From an uncultured Muribaculaceae bacterium (GTDB taxonomy: Bacteria > Bacteroidota > Bacteroidia > Bacteroidales > Muribaculaceae), in assembly GCA_910583525.1 (NCBI GenBank), contig CAJTXL010000009.1:6023-70022 (forward strand): a stretch of DNA of 64,000 nucleotides, read 5' to 3'. Made by a program: the position numbers and the translations under genes. The notes beneath the pieces were generated by a model. The model was not told the DNA's origin, searched no databases, and was given only the letters and a program-made list of their open reading frames with translations. Positions 33,788-43,908 of the stretch are shown here, piece after piece (within the stretch, counting starts at the first letter, position 1; the number at the start of each line of letters is the position of its first letter).

Positions 33788-35995
33788 TTAGCGGACTACG
33801 ATTTTGCGTGTCTGTGTCCGTCCGTCGGCAGTTACGCTGAGCACGTAGATGCCGGGGGCGGTACCGTCGGTTTCGATGGTTGCATTTTCGCCGGTAGCGT
33901 TAACCGAAGCAGCGAGTGCGCCAGTCAGGCTGTAGATGCGTGCTTCGATAGCCGATGCTCCCGGTGCGAAGATGTCGAACCGGCCGTCGGCAATCTGATT
34001 GACGAGTATGTCGCTTTCTGCGGTGACGTTGTTTACGGCGCTCATGCCGAGGATTTTCTTGAGTCCGGCGAGGGCGTCTATTTTGCCGTAGCCGAATTTC
34101 TCGGGTGCGGCTTCGGTGTATTTGTCCTTTATTGCAGTCTCGGCTATGATTTCTTTGACTCGGTCCATGGTCAGGGTGGGGTCGGCCTGCAGCCAAAGGG
34201 CGAGGATGCCTCCGGCGAGCGGTGCGGCCATAGAGGTTCCCGACATTTCCATCCATTGGTGGTCGCGGGTCTTGTCCTGGCGGAGAGCAACTACGTATCG
34301 GCCTTCATAGGGGTCGTTGTCTGCTGCAAAGTAGTAATTGTTGTAGGATGCGATTATTGCTTGTCCGGGTGCCGCAACGTGGGGCAACGGACGGCCGTCG
34401 AAGGTTTTTCCGTAGGATGAGAAGTCGGCGATGTCGCCCGTGTGGCTTTCTGCGATGTAGTTGAGGAAGCCGGAGAATGTGGGCCACTTTTCTTTGTTGG
34501 TGTATGCGCCTACGCAGAGGATGTTGTCGCCGCATGCCATGTCGTTGATAGACTGGGTGTCGTCGCCTTCGACATAGCCTTTGCCGGCCATGTTGCTGTC
34601 GAGGAAGTAGACGCCTTGGTCGGCATACATGTCGATGGTCTTGCCTTCTTTTCCTTCTACGGTTATGACGGGTTTGACGTTTTTGGCTTTGCCTTGCAGA
34701 AGTACTGTCACAAGTGAGTTGTAGCGGTTGTTTTCGGGGTTAAGCTCGTTTGTGAAGATGACGTATGATTGCGAGGTGAAGATGGAGTCGAGGGCGAAAT
34801 CGCGGACGCAGCCTTTGTAGTTCATCGCCAATCCTTCGACGCCTATAGTGCCGGTTTGGGTTACATCGACAGAGTAGGTGTAGATGGTTTTGTCGCTTAT
34901 TGTGTCGACCGCAGAGAATGTGACTTTGAAAGGGGTGTTGTCTTCCGACCAGATGTCGCAGACGCCCATGACTTTGCCGTCTTCGGAGATGAAGGTCTTG
35001 ACGGATGTGTCGCCTGCCGCGAATTTCTTGCGGATTGACATTGGTGTCGAGCCTTCGTTGCCCGAAGAAACTGTGATGAGCATTTTTTTGCCTACTTCGG
35101 CAAGAAAACGGTCGGCTGCTGTTGTGCCGTCGTGCGGGCCACGGTTGTGGCCGAGCGATAGGTTCATTACTGCGGGCTTGCCTTTTTCTTCGGCGTACTT
35201 CATGATGCGTTCGGCGGCAATCAGGATGTTGTTGCCGTCGAGTGTGCCAGAGCAGGGAGCGAGTTCGGCTCCGGTCGCTACGCCGTAGTAGGGCACGTCG
35301 TAGTCACTGCGTTGGTAGCATCCGCCGTTTCGCGGATTGACGGTTGCCACTACGTCGGCCTTCCCTTTATAGCCTCCGGCCATGATGCCGAGCACGTGTG
35401 TGCCGTGGGTTTCGTCGTATCGGTCGGTGGTGTAGTTCTGTATTGCTTCGGGGGTCAGATATTCGCGCACTGACGCGTTTCGGCCCTGGATTACCCAAAG
35501 GGCCGACGTGCGGGGTTTTCCGGCTGCATCGAGGAAGTTTGCGTGGTTCACGTCGAGGCCAATGTCCATAATGCCGCATATTACGCCTGTGCCGTCGTAA
35601 GCTTTGTCGAGGCCTGTGCCGGCCTGTACCTTATCGACGTTTGTGAGCACACGGGCGGTGTCCATGTGCTTATGGTTTGAGTAGCCGAGTGATATGCGTT
35701 TTACTTCGGGCATGGCGGCAACGGCTTCGATTTGCTGTGCTGAGAGGCTTACGATTGCCATGTCGGCTATTTGGCTGAGCACTTCTCCGCCGAGTTCTTC
35801 AATCTGTGAAAGGACGCCGTTGTCGGTCATTGTGACGATGACGGCAACTTTTTCGGCTTCGTCATCGGCGGCACGCGACTGGATGTCGGGTGTCATGCTC
35901 AGGAACTGGGCTGCCGATGGGTCGAGCTTGCTTTGCGCCGGTGCGATTGCCGAGCCGGCAGCGAGCGCTAAGGCTAATAGTATGACTTTTTTCAT
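33788..35995 (-). CDS. S8 (subtilisin-family) serine peptidase with T9SS C-terminal sorting domain
   Basis: MKKVILLALALAAGSAIAPA signal (ATG 35995). The triad contexts are GVICGIMDIGLDVNH (Asp), HGTHVLGIMAG (His) and SGTSMAAPLAGG (Ser). C-terminus ARIYSLTGALAA...APGIYVLSVTADGRTQTRKIVVR. Confidence 0.9.
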   Translation of the reverse strand: MKKVILLALALAAGSAIAPAQSKLDPSAAQFLSMTPDIQSRAADDEAEKVAVIVTMTDNGVLSQIEELGGEVLSQIADMAIVSLSAQQIEAVAAMPEVKRISLGYSNHKHMDTARVLTNVDKVQAGTGLDKAYDGTGVICGIMDIGLDVNHANFLDAAGKPRTSALWVIQGRNASVREYLTPEAIQNYTTDRYDETHGTHVLGIMAGGYKGKADVVATVNPRNGGCYQRSDYDVPYYGVATGAELAPCSGTLDGNNILIAAERIMKYAEEKGKPAVMNLSLGHNRGPHDGTTAADRFLAEVGKKMLITVSSGNEGSTPMSIRKKFAAGDTSVKTFISEDGKVMGVCDIWSEDNTPFKVTFSAVDTISDKTIYTYSVDVTQTGTIGVEGLAMNYKGCVRDFALDSIFTSQSYVIFTNELNPENNRYNSLVTVLLQGKAKNVKPVITVEGKEGKTIDMYADQGVYFLDSNMAGKGYVEGDDTQSINDMACGDNILCVGAYTNKEKWPTFSGFLNYIAESHTGDIADFSSYGKTFDGRPLPHVAAPGQAIIASYNNYYFAADNDPYEGRYVVALRQDKTRDHQWMEMSGTSMAAPLAGGILALWLQADPTLTMDRVKEIIAETAIKDKYTEAAPEKFGYGKIDALAGLKKILGMSAVNNVTAESDILVNQIADGRFDIFAPGASAIEARIYSLTGALAASVNATGENATIETDGTAPGIYVLSVTADGRTQTRKIVVR

Positions 35996-36194
35996 TGTTG
36001 CTTTTTCCTTTGTGTATATGTGCAAGATTTTAGTTGCAAATATACATGTTTTGTTGAATAATTCAACGTTAATGTGTCGAAACAAATCACAAAACAGTCT
36101 AAACGGTTGCGTTTTGAACGAGTCTGTAATTTTGACGCTTCCGGGTTGGCGACCGGTGCCTTAGGGGGCGCCGGTCGCTTTGTCGGAAGATTTT

Positions 36195-38189
36195 TTAACG
36201 GCGTTTCACTTTGTCAGTGGGAACAGCGTTGTATATGTTTTTGCGCTCGGCTTTGTAGCTTTGGTGCAGTTTTACCTCACGAGTCTCGCCGTTGCGACGG
36301 ACTACGTTGCGCGGAGCTTTAGGCGACAAGTCCTTGCCTTTGAGGCTGAGGTAGAAGGGTCCTGTCTTCTTGAGTTCGGCATCATAATCGGCCGGCGTGG
36401 CGTCTTTGAGTTCGAAGCCCGGCGTGAGGTTGGTATAGCTCCAATCGAGGTTGCCGGCATCGTCTCTCATGCCGCCCCAGGCGATAAGGAGCGATGCTCC
36501 CGGGAAGGTGATGCATTGGTCGGCGTCCATCTCTCCGAAGTAGCCCCAACGTTTTATTGTTGCCGGACGTGTTCCGCCTTTTAGTGCTTCGTCAGCTCTG
36601 GACCAAACGTACATTTCGCCGTTGCGTTCACTCATCATTATTCCGAGCGGAGCCTGGTTGACGTATACCATTTCCTTGTCCTCGAAGTTGATTTCGATGT
36701 AGTAGTTGCCTTTGAGGTCGTAGTTGGGATCGGCATAAGGCCATCCGCCGTTACGGTAGCGGTAGGGGTTTACGAGGCGTATGAGGCCGGGGTTTACGGT
36801 CGATTGTTCGACTTCGGTGTCCCATGTCTCAGGTTCCATGCTGCTGTAGTATGGATAGATGAAACCGTCGGTATATTCACACAGTCCTATCGAGCGCCAC
36901 GTGTAGGGCACTATGCGCTTGTACTCGAAGGCATATGCAGTTCGGCATGCATATTCACCGTCTTTGTTGTATCCGACCGCTACTACTGTGTAGTATCCCG
37001 AATCGTGAAGGATGAAACGGAATTTTGAAGTCTCGTCGTAATAGAGCGGATAATCTTCGTTGTTTATGAGCGATTCGGCTTCTTTCGTGGCTTGAGCTTG
37101 GGTGAGTTTTCCGTCGCATAGTTTATAGGCGTATGAGAATACGTCTTCTGTGCGGTGGATGCTGATTTCGATTTCTTCTTCGTTGGTGTCGGTGGGTATT
37201 ACAATTCCATCGTAGTTGACTGTCAGTGCGTAGTCGGGGAAGCCGGGAAGCTGGTAGTAATCGTCTTGCTGCATCACCATTCCGCTTGCCGTGTAATAGA
37301 TGGCGTTGACAACAAAGAGTCCTTGGTCGATAATGTAGCCTGACATCGATTTGAAGTCTTCGGGAGAAGCTCCTTCCGGTATGGCTCCCGGGTTTATCTC
37401 GGTGACGTATGTGTAGACGTCGGTATATTGGAGGTCTTCGTTGTTGTAGTCGATGTTAAGGCTCATCGGTTCGAATCGGATGGCGTTTACTGCTTTGTCT
37501 TCATCGATGTATTCGAGGGTATCTACGAATATTGTTCCGTTGTTTCCGTTGCAGAGACTTTGCCATTTGTTTTCGTCCTGTAGTTCGGGGCATTCGTAGT
37601 CGCCGAATTGGAATTTCTTGCGGTCAAGAACGAGCGATTTCGATTCGTAGACAGGAATAGGTTTTTCGTCGAAGTCGCGCAGACCGCTCATTGTCACCAG
37701 AGCCGGTTCTGAACCTTTGAATGGCTTATAGTCGGTCCATGGTGAATATATGATTGTGAAGGTCTGTTCTGACAATCCATATTTTGAAGTGTGCTCGCCG
37801 AGGATTTTCATCTTCATCTTGTACTTTTCTTCGGGAGTGACGTCGGCGAAAGTCACTTCGATGGGTACAGGGATAGATGTTACTCCGACAGGAAATGTCA
37901 CCTGAGTCGTGGGGTCGAAGATGTTCGTTGTCGGGTCGCCGTTGGCCTCGGTGATTGTAGTCTCAAGCTGTACTGTGAGCTCATCTGTGGCTTTTGAGCG
38001 GAACAGCTGTACAGAGACCTGCGAAGCTCCGTTGGTGATTTCCACTTCGGTGGGCTCGGCGTCGGAGAAGTAGACAGCATCGCCCTTTTCTTCCGGTGTC
38101 GGGCTGTAGGTTTTTTCATCGCTGCACGACCATAGTCCGACAAGAATTGCGCCGGCTGCGAGAGCGGAAAATATTTTGCTTGTTTTCAT
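36195..38189 (-). CDS. Surface lipoprotein in the SusE/F position of the SusCD locus, family unknown
   Basis: MKTSKIFSALAAGAILVGLWSC/SDEK lipobox. 664 aa, immediately downstream of the SusD-like gene. Confidence 0.65.
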   Translation of the reverse strand: MKTSKIFSALAAGAILVGLWSCSDEKTYSPTPEEKGDAVYFSDAEPTEVEITNGASQVSVQLFRSKATDELTVQLETTITEANGDPTTNIFDPTTQVTFPVGVTSIPVPIEVTFADVTPEEKYKMKMKILGEHTSKYGLSEQTFTIIYSPWTDYKPFKGSEPALVTMSGLRDFDEKPIPVYESKSLVLDRKKFQFGDYECPELQDENKWQSLCNGNNGTIFVDTLEYIDEDKAVNAIRFEPMSLNIDYNNEDLQYTDVYTYVTEINPGAIPEGASPEDFKSMSGYIIDQGLFVVNAIYYTASGMVMQQDDYYQLPGFPDYALTVNYDGIVIPTDTNEEEIEISIHRTEDVFSYAYKLCDGKLTQAQATKEAESLINNEDYPLYYDETSKFRFILHDSGYYTVVAVGYNKDGEYACRTAYAFEYKRIVPYTWRSIGLCEYTDGFIYPYYSSMEPETWDTEVEQSTVNPGLIRLVNPYRYRNGGWPYADPNYDLKGNYYIEINFEDKEMVYVNQAPLGIMMSERNGEMYVWSRADEALKGGTRPATIKRWGYFGEMDADQCITFPGASLLIAWGGMRDDAGNLDWSYTNLTPGFELKDATPADYDAELKKTGPFYLSLKGKDLSPKAPRNVVRRNGETREVKLHQSYKAERKNIYNAVPTDKVKRR

Positions 38190-38209
38190 TGCGGATTATA
38201 TTTAGGAGG

Positions 38210-39883
38210 TTAGCGGATAGCGTCGTACAGGCCGGCCGGTGAGGGCGAGTTGTAGCCTACGATAGCCTTGTTGTTGTCGGACTCCTGACGTACTATTACG
38301 AAGTTCATCCAAGCCGGGCGCCCGTTGGTGTTGAAGGTGTCGAGGCCTTTTTCGAAGTTTGTGCCGGGATAGAAGCGTGTCACGTCGTAGTCGAGGCGTT
38401 TGATGTCGAAGAATGTTATGCCTTCGCCCCACAGTTCGATGCGTTTCTGCAGGATGATTTCTTTGACAACATCTTCGGGAGTGTTTGCGCGTGTCGAGTA
38501 AGTCGAGAAACGATAGCTGCGCATGAAGTCGAGGAGTTTCTGTTTGCCGCGTCCGGCGTCCTGATGGGCTGCGGCTTCAGCTTCGATGAAGTACATTTCC
38601 TCGACGCGCATCAGCGGATATGCCGTTGCGGTGCCTACGGTGTAGTCTTCCATGTTGCCGTTTCCGGGGCGGAACTTGACGCTGATGTACGGGCCGTCGA
38701 AGTTCTGCTGTGCGAATTCGTTGTTTATGAACGGTATCTGTTCGCCGAGCTGGCTGCCTTCGGGCGCCGTGAACGAGAGTTTACGGAAATCTCGGTCATC
38801 GATGGCTTTATATAGGCTTGCGCCTATTTCGGGGAATGCGCCTTGTGCCGGAGAGCAGTATCCAAACGTGCTTTCGGGACTCATGAACGAAGCCCAGGTG
38901 CGGATGCCGCCTGCTTGCACTACGTCGTCTTCGGTCACGTATTGTCCTGCGAAGAGCCATGAGCTGAACGATGCGTCGTTGAAGCCTTTGGTGGTGTCGA
39001 GCCATTCTTCGCGTGTTAGGGGTGTCGCTTTTGATGTTTCGATTGCGAGGCGTGCATATCGCTCCGCTTCTTTGAACGCGGTGTTTGCCGCAGCGGCGTC
39101 GGCTTTGATTTCGTCCTGGTAGCTGGCATCCCAAAGATACAGACGTGCCATCAGACCGTATGCCACAGCAAGGGTCGGTATTGTCTTTTCGGCTACGGTA
39201 GCCGCGCCGTCGTAGAGAGCGATTGCTTCGTCGAGGTCTTTCTTGATGAACGCAACCATGTCGTCGTGGCCAACACGTGGATTGTTGCGCATCTGTTCTT
39301 CGGTGGTCGTCTCTGTCACGATGGGAACGGTGAGACCGAGGATGTCGTTGCCTTCATCCGAGAGGCCGGCGTTGAATTCGGTAGGCAGGAACTCATACTG
39401 TCGCGCTATGTCGAGGTAGACAAAAGCTCTGTAGCTTAAGCCGGCGGCGCGGTAGAGCCGCAGCTCGGGGTTCTCGGGATTTTCGGGAACTACCGACAAC
39501 ACAGAGTTTGTGGTGAGGATTTGTTCGTAGTAGAAGTTCCACGGGTATTGGCATACGAGGTATTCCATGCCCAAGGTTATGCTGTTGGAGCTCCATGCGG
39601 CGAACCAGTTGTATCCGCCGGCATCACGGACGTACATGTCTTCGGTCATGACGTCGCGAATGTGGAGCATCGACGCATATCCGAAGTCGAAGTGGTTGTC
39701 GGGGCTCAGGGTTATTACGTTCAGGTGTCCGGGCATACCCCACACGAGGGCTTCGACGCCTTTTGGCGACCCCTGCAGCTGGTCGGCCGTGATTATGCTC
39801 GACGCAATGGGGTCTTCGATACATCCCGTAAGCAGCGGAGCGGAGAGGGCTGCCGCGATAAGGGATTTATATATTGTTTTCAT
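38210..39883 (-). CDS. RagB/SusD-family nutrient-binding outer-membrane lipoprotein
   Basis: MKTIYKSLIAAALSAPLLTGC lipobox. Helical TPR-like body with typical SusD strings (LRLYRAAGLSYRAFVYLDIARQY, YLMRVEEMYFIEAEA, ELWGEGITFFDIKR). It lies 13 nt after the SusC-like gene. Confidence 0.9.
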   Translation of the reverse strand: MKTIYKSLIAAALSAPLLTGCIEDPIASSIITADQLQGSPKGVEALVWGMPGHLNVITLSPDNHFDFGYASMLHIRDVMTEDMYVRDAGGYNWFAAWSSNSITLGMEYLVCQYPWNFYYEQILTTNSVLSVVPENPENPELRLYRAAGLSYRAFVYLDIARQYEFLPTEFNAGLSDEGNDILGLTVPIVTETTTEEQMRNNPRVGHDDMVAFIKKDLDEAIALYDGAATVAEKTIPTLAVAYGLMARLYLWDASYQDEIKADAAAANTAFKEAERYARLAIETSKATPLTREEWLDTTKGFNDASFSSWLFAGQYVTEDDVVQAGGIRTWASFMSPESTFGYCSPAQGAFPEIGASLYKAIDDRDFRKLSFTAPEGSQLGEQIPFINNEFAQQNFDGPYISVKFRPGNGNMEDYTVGTATAYPLMRVEEMYFIEAEAAAHQDAGRGKQKLLDFMRSYRFSTYSTRANTPEDVVKEIILQKRIELWGEGITFFDIKRLDYDVTRFYPGTNFEKGLDTFNTNGRPAWMNFVIVRQESDNNKAIVGYNSPSPAGLYDAIR

Positions 39884-39896
39884 TGTCCTTGCTGTT

Positions 39897-42800
39897 TTAG
39901 AATGTTACGGTAAAGCCGCCCGAGAGTGTGCGGATAGGTGCGTAATATGTGTTGTTGACGCCGCCTGTCATAGACTGGCGCGGGTCCATGCCTTTGCGCT
40001 TGCTCCATACCCAGATGTTATCTGCGGCGAAGTAAACGCGGAGCTTGCTCAGATGCAGGTCTTTGACGATTTTGTTAGGCAGTGTGTAGCCGAAGTTTAT
40101 GTTTTCGACAGAGAGATAGGAGGCATCGGTGAGCCAACGGTCGGAAGATTGTGTCGTGTATTCGTCCTTGAACATAAATCGCGGCACCGAGGTGTTGCGA
40201 TTTTCGGGAGTCCATGCTTTGTACATGTCTTTGTGGATGTTCACGCCGCGTGTGCTTGTGGTGGGCACGCCCATGTATCCCGAATAGTTGGTGTCGTTTA
40301 CCTTGCCGCCGATTTGATAGTTGAAGGTTGCGGAGAGGTCGAAGCCTTTATACTCGAACGAGGTGTTGAAGCCGCCATATACCGGTGCGAGGGGAGAGCC
40401 GCAGAGGTACTGCGTGGCGGTTGACGCGTCGTGGGTCGTTGTGAGCGTTTCGTTGCCGTTTTCGTCGGTTACGGTGCGGTAGTACATCGCAAGGCCGTTT
40501 TCGGGGTTTACGCCGGCGTATTTGTACATCAGCATTGTGTACATCGGCAGGCCTTCGCCAAAGAAGATGCCGCTGTTCGAGTAGCCGCGGTAGCCGTCGA
40601 TTTCGAGGCCTTTACGTTCTTCGGGGAGCATGGTGATTTTGTTCTTGTACCATGTGAAGTTGATGCCGAAGGTCCATGTGAAGTCCTTGGTGCGTACGGG
40701 AACGGTCTGAAGGTCTACTTCGATACCGGCGTTCATCATGTTGCCGACGTTGTCGTAGTATCCCATGAAGCCGGAAGATGCCGGGAGGGGGAATTGCATG
40801 AGCATGTCGTGTGTGGTGCGGTAGAAGCCGTCGATGCCGCCGTTGAGGCGTGCATTGAAGAGTTCGAATTCGATGCCGAAGTTGAGGCTCGCTCCTTTTT
40901 CCCATGTTATGTCCTCGTTGCCTTTTGTGCTGGGAGAGGCGCCCGGATGACCGTTTGCGTTTACGAGGGTGTAAGTGTCGACGTAGCGGAAGCTACCGAT
41001 TGCGTCGTTGCCCTGTTCTCCGTACGAGGCCTTGAATTTGAGCATGTTTACCCAATCGACGTTGAAGAACTCTTCTTTGTTTATAATCCAAGCGGCTCCG
41101 AAGCTCCAGAACGAGCCCCAACGGTGGTTGGGATGGAAGTGCGAAGATGCGTCGCGGCGGAACGAGAATGAAGCGAAGTAGCGTTTCGCGTAGTCGTATT
41201 GCGCGCGCCCGAACCATCCTTCGGTATTGTAGGAAGAATATGATGAGTTGGGCGAGCCGTCGATGATTGCGCCGTCGAGTTCGTCGTTGGTGGGCAGGAA
41301 CATGTTCTGCTTGCGGCCTGAGAGGCTTTCGAGCGTGGTCTTATACCATTCGTGGCCTAAGAGGACGCTCGCGTCGTGCTGACCGAATACGTGGTTCCAG
41401 TCGAGAAGCTGCTGGAATGTGTAGTCCATGTTTCGTTTGTGGCTTTTGTCGACGATACCGCCGGATGAAGCGAACTGTCCGTAGAACGGGTTCAAAGTCG
41501 AGGTCGAGCGCCATTCCTGAAGTGCGATGTTGTTGTTCGATGTGAATTTGAAGTCGTTGAGGAAGCGCACTTCGACGAACGCCGTGCCGTTGAAGTTGTT
41601 GGCTATTGTTTTGTCGACGTTGAGGTTCGCGTCGGAAATGGCGTTCGAGCCGGTGAGGAACGGACGTTTCATGCCGGCGTTTAGGCCTGCGCCGTAGTCG
41701 TAGCGCAGGATGCCGTTGTCATCGCGCATGATTTGCTTGTCGGCACCGCGCATGAACATGGGGTAGATGGGTGCCACCTGTGTGGCTACGGCGAATATGT
41801 TGCCTGTCGAGTTTCCGTCGCCTTCGCCGGTGGTAGCTTTCATGTTGATGTGAGAGTAGGCCACGTTGGCTCCGACTTTGAGGTATGGTTTTGCCTGGAA
41901 GTCGGCGCTGAGACGGCCGGTGAAGCGGCGGTAGTCAGAGGGAGCGCGTACGATACCCTGGTTGTCGAGGTAGCCGACCGAAACCATAAGGTTGCTTTTG
42001 TCGGTGCCCTGGCTTATGTTGACGTTGTATTCCTGGCGGAGGCTTGTCTTGTAGGTCTCGTCCATCCAGTTGTCGGGGTACAGCCAGAATTGGCCCATGT
42101 CTTTTACGTTGGCGAGGTATCCGAGCTTGGCGTTGGGGTTGAGGCGACCGTTTTCACCGATGAGCTTCATGCCTGTGGGCAGGGTGTATATGTTGTATCC
42201 CAAGCCGTAGGTTGAGTTGGATGTGATTTCTTGGTTTGCCCACAAATATGCCTGTTGTGGTGTCATGCCCTGACCGCCGATATTTACCGGGGTGCTGGAG
42301 TTCGCCGGCAGGTAGATTTCTTTGGGGTATGTGGCGTAGTTGTAGAGCGCCTTGTAGTACATCTCCATATATTCGGCCGGGTCGGTGATGTAGTCGTAGT
42401 CCTGCGAGGAGCGGTGGTTTGCGCCCCATTTTGCGTCGACGGTGACTGTAGCTTCGCCGAGTTTGGCACGTTTGGTTGTTATAAGGATGACGCCGTTAGC
42501 GCCGCGGGCGCCGTATAGAGCGTTCGATGCGGCGTCTTTGAGTACTGACATCGACTCAATGTCGTTGGTGTTTAGCGAGTTTATGTCGCCAGTGAACGGC
42601 GAGCCGTCGACAATCACCAGCGGCGAGTTGCTTGCGTTGAGCGATGAAAAACCGCGAACGCGGATTGTGGGGTCTGAGCCGCCGGGAGCGCCCGAAGCGT
42701 TCGACAGCTGCAGTCCCGGCACTTTGCCCGAAAGAGCGTCGAGCACGTTTGTGACCTGGGTCTTTTCGATGGATGCGGAGCCTACCGTCGCGGCAGAACC

Positions 42801-43157
42801 CGTGAAAGATGACTTGGTCTGTTTGCCGTATGCGACTACGATGACGGGGTCGAGCAGCTCATTGTCTTGGTGAAGCTGTATGAGCATTTTCCCGTCTTTG
42901 ATGGATACGACCTGGGTCTGATATCCTATGTAGGAAACGGTCAGACTTTTGGCCGATGCCGGAACTTTTATCGAGAAATTACCGTCGATATCGGTTGTGA
43001 CACCGTTTTTGTTTTCGGTGCCGACTGTCACAGAGACGCCTATCAGCGGCTCGCCGTTCTCAGCATCAATGACAGTGCCTTGAACCGAACGCGTCTGTGC
43101 CGACGCACTCAGGCCCAATGTGATGACTGCCACAAGTAGTAGAAACAGTTTTTTCAT
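39897..43157 (-). CDS. SusC/RagA-family TonB-linked outer-membrane transporter
   Basis: 1086 aa. Signal peptide, then CarbopepD_reg domain (VQGTVIDAENGEPLIGVSVTV), plug (VVVAYGKQTKSSFTGSA...), barrel, and C-terminal ...SGGFTVTF. Confidence 0.92.
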   Translation of the reverse strand: MKKLFLLLVAVITLGLSASAQTRSVQGTVIDAENGEPLIGVSVTVGTENKNGVTTDIDGNFSIKVPASAKSLTVSYIGYQTQVVSIKDGKMLIQLHQDNELLDPVIVVAYGKQTKSSFTGSAATVGSASIEKTQVTNVLDALSGKVPGLQLSNASGAPGGSDPTIRVRGFSSLNASNSPLVIVDGSPFTGDINSLNTNDIESMSVLKDAASNALYGARGANGVILITTKRAKLGEATVTVDAKWGANHRSSQDYDYITDPAEYMEMYYKALYNYATYPKEIYLPANSSTPVNIGGQGMTPQQAYLWANQEITSNSTYGLGYNIYTLPTGMKLIGENGRLNPNAKLGYLANVKDMGQFWLYPDNWMDETYKTSLRQEYNVNISQGTDKSNLMVSVGYLDNQGIVRAPSDYRRFTGRLSADFQAKPYLKVGANVAYSHINMKATTGEGDGNSTGNIFAVATQVAPIYPMFMRGADKQIMRDDNGILRYDYGAGLNAGMKRPFLTGSNAISDANLNVDKTIANNFNGTAFVEVRFLNDFKFTSNNNIALQEWRSTSTLNPFYGQFASSGGIVDKSHKRNMDYTFQQLLDWNHVFGQHDASVLLGHEWYKTTLESLSGRKQNMFLPTNDELDGAIIDGSPNSSYSSYNTEGWFGRAQYDYAKRYFASFSFRRDASSHFHPNHRWGSFWSFGAAWIINKEEFFNVDWVNMLKFKASYGEQGNDAIGSFRYVDTYTLVNANGHPGASPSTKGNEDITWEKGASLNFGIEFELFNARLNGGIDGFYRTTHDMLMQFPLPASSGFMGYYDNVGNMMNAGIEVDLQTVPVRTKDFTWTFGINFTWYKNKITMLPEERKGLEIDGYRGYSNSGIFFGEGLPMYTMLMYKYAGVNPENGLAMYYRTVTDENGNETLTTTHDASTATQYLCGSPLAPVYGGFNTSFEYKGFDLSATFNYQIGGKVNDTNYSGYMGVPTTSTRGVNIHKDMYKAWTPENRNTSVPRFMFKDEYTTQSSDRWLTDASYLSVENINFGYTLPNKIVKDLHLSKLRVYFAADNIWVWSKRKGMDPRQSMTGGVNNTYYAPIRTLSGGFTVTF

Positions 43158-43263
43158 CCTTAGAAAAAATTAGACATAAAAGTGATTGATATATAATGCT
43201 TTTTCAGATTGCCGCACGTCTTGACAGAAGCAGAGAAGCAAGTGTGTGCGACGTATTGTCGGG

Positions 43264-43271
43264 CAAAGTTA
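43264..43271 (-). promoter_or_regulatory. Candidate -7 box TAacTTTG for the SusC-like operon
   Basis: The reverse complement of caaagtta, about 105 nt upstream of ATG 43157. Confidence 0.3.
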
Positions 43272-43397
43272 GCACAAATATTTCGTAATAATAAATATTT
43301 GGCAAGAAAAAAAGTCGAAAATTAACATTTTGAGCGGCAATACGTCCTTTTTGTGGTCGATTGGAGCGCGCATATTGTCGGTGGGGTGTAAAAACAC

Positions 43398-43405
43398 TAT
43401 CTTTG
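43398..43405 (+). promoter_or_regulatory. Candidate -7 box TAtcTTTG for crcB
   Basis: tatctttg lies 19 nt before ATG 43424. Confidence 0.35.
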
Positions 43406-43423
43406 CGGAAAAATCGCTTTGAT

Positions 43424-43801
43424 ATGTGGACTGAAATAATATGTGTAGGGGCCGGTAGCTGTCTGGGCGGCATCATGCGCTATTTGTCGACAAAATATAT
43501 ACAGTCGGCCGTTGCGGCCACGTTCCCGTGGGGAACGCTTGCCGTGAATGTTGTAGGAAGCCTGATTATAGGGTTTGTTCTCGGCCTGGTCGACCGTGGC
43601 ATAGCAATACCTCCCACTGTCAAGCTTTTCCTTACGGTGGGCTTTTGCGGCGGTTTCACCACTTTTTCTACGTTTGCGAATGAGAATTATCTCTTGTTCC
43701 AATCGTCGCAGTTTCCTGTGGCGCTGCTTTATGCCGGTGTAAGTGTGCTTGCCGGCTTCGCAGCCGTCTATCTTGGCTATTTTTTTGCCAAGTGGGTGTG
43801 A
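43424..43801 (+). CDS. crcB: Fluoride ion channel CrcB/Fluc
   Basis: MWTEIICVGAGSCLGGIMRYL...FPWGTLAVNVVGSLIIGF...GFCGGFTTFSTFANE; 125 aa, four TM helices. ATG 43424 lies inside ORF 43361..43801. Confidence 0.9.
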   Translation: MWTEIICVGAGSCLGGIMRYLSTKYIQSAVAATFPWGTLAVNVVGSLIIGFVLGLVDRGIAIPPTVKLFLTVGFCGGFTTFSTFANENYLLFQSSQFPVALLYAGVSVLAGFAAVYLGYFFAKWV

Positions 43802-43869
43802 AATATCAATCGTACTATTAGACGAGTACGGTGTGCCGAATATTACGCGGCATGGATTTTTTTATAATT

Positions 43870-43906
43870 GAAACCGCGGATACCATTATGGTACATCCGC
43901 GGTTTC
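43870..43906. terminator. Hairpin between convergent crcB and upp
   Basis: gaaaccgcggat (43870-43881) pairs with atccgcggtttc (43895-43906), with additional inner pairing tacca/tggta. Confidence 0.6.
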
Positions 43907-43908
43907 GG

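Noticed and set aside
43300-43423. Fluoride riboswitch (crcB RNA motif) expected upstream of crcB
   Set aside because: I looked for the conserved pairing and the CUGAUG-type core in the 120 nt before ATG 43424 and did not find it. Only a promoter-like TAtcTTTG box 19 nt upstream is visible. An Infernal scan would be needed to settle this.
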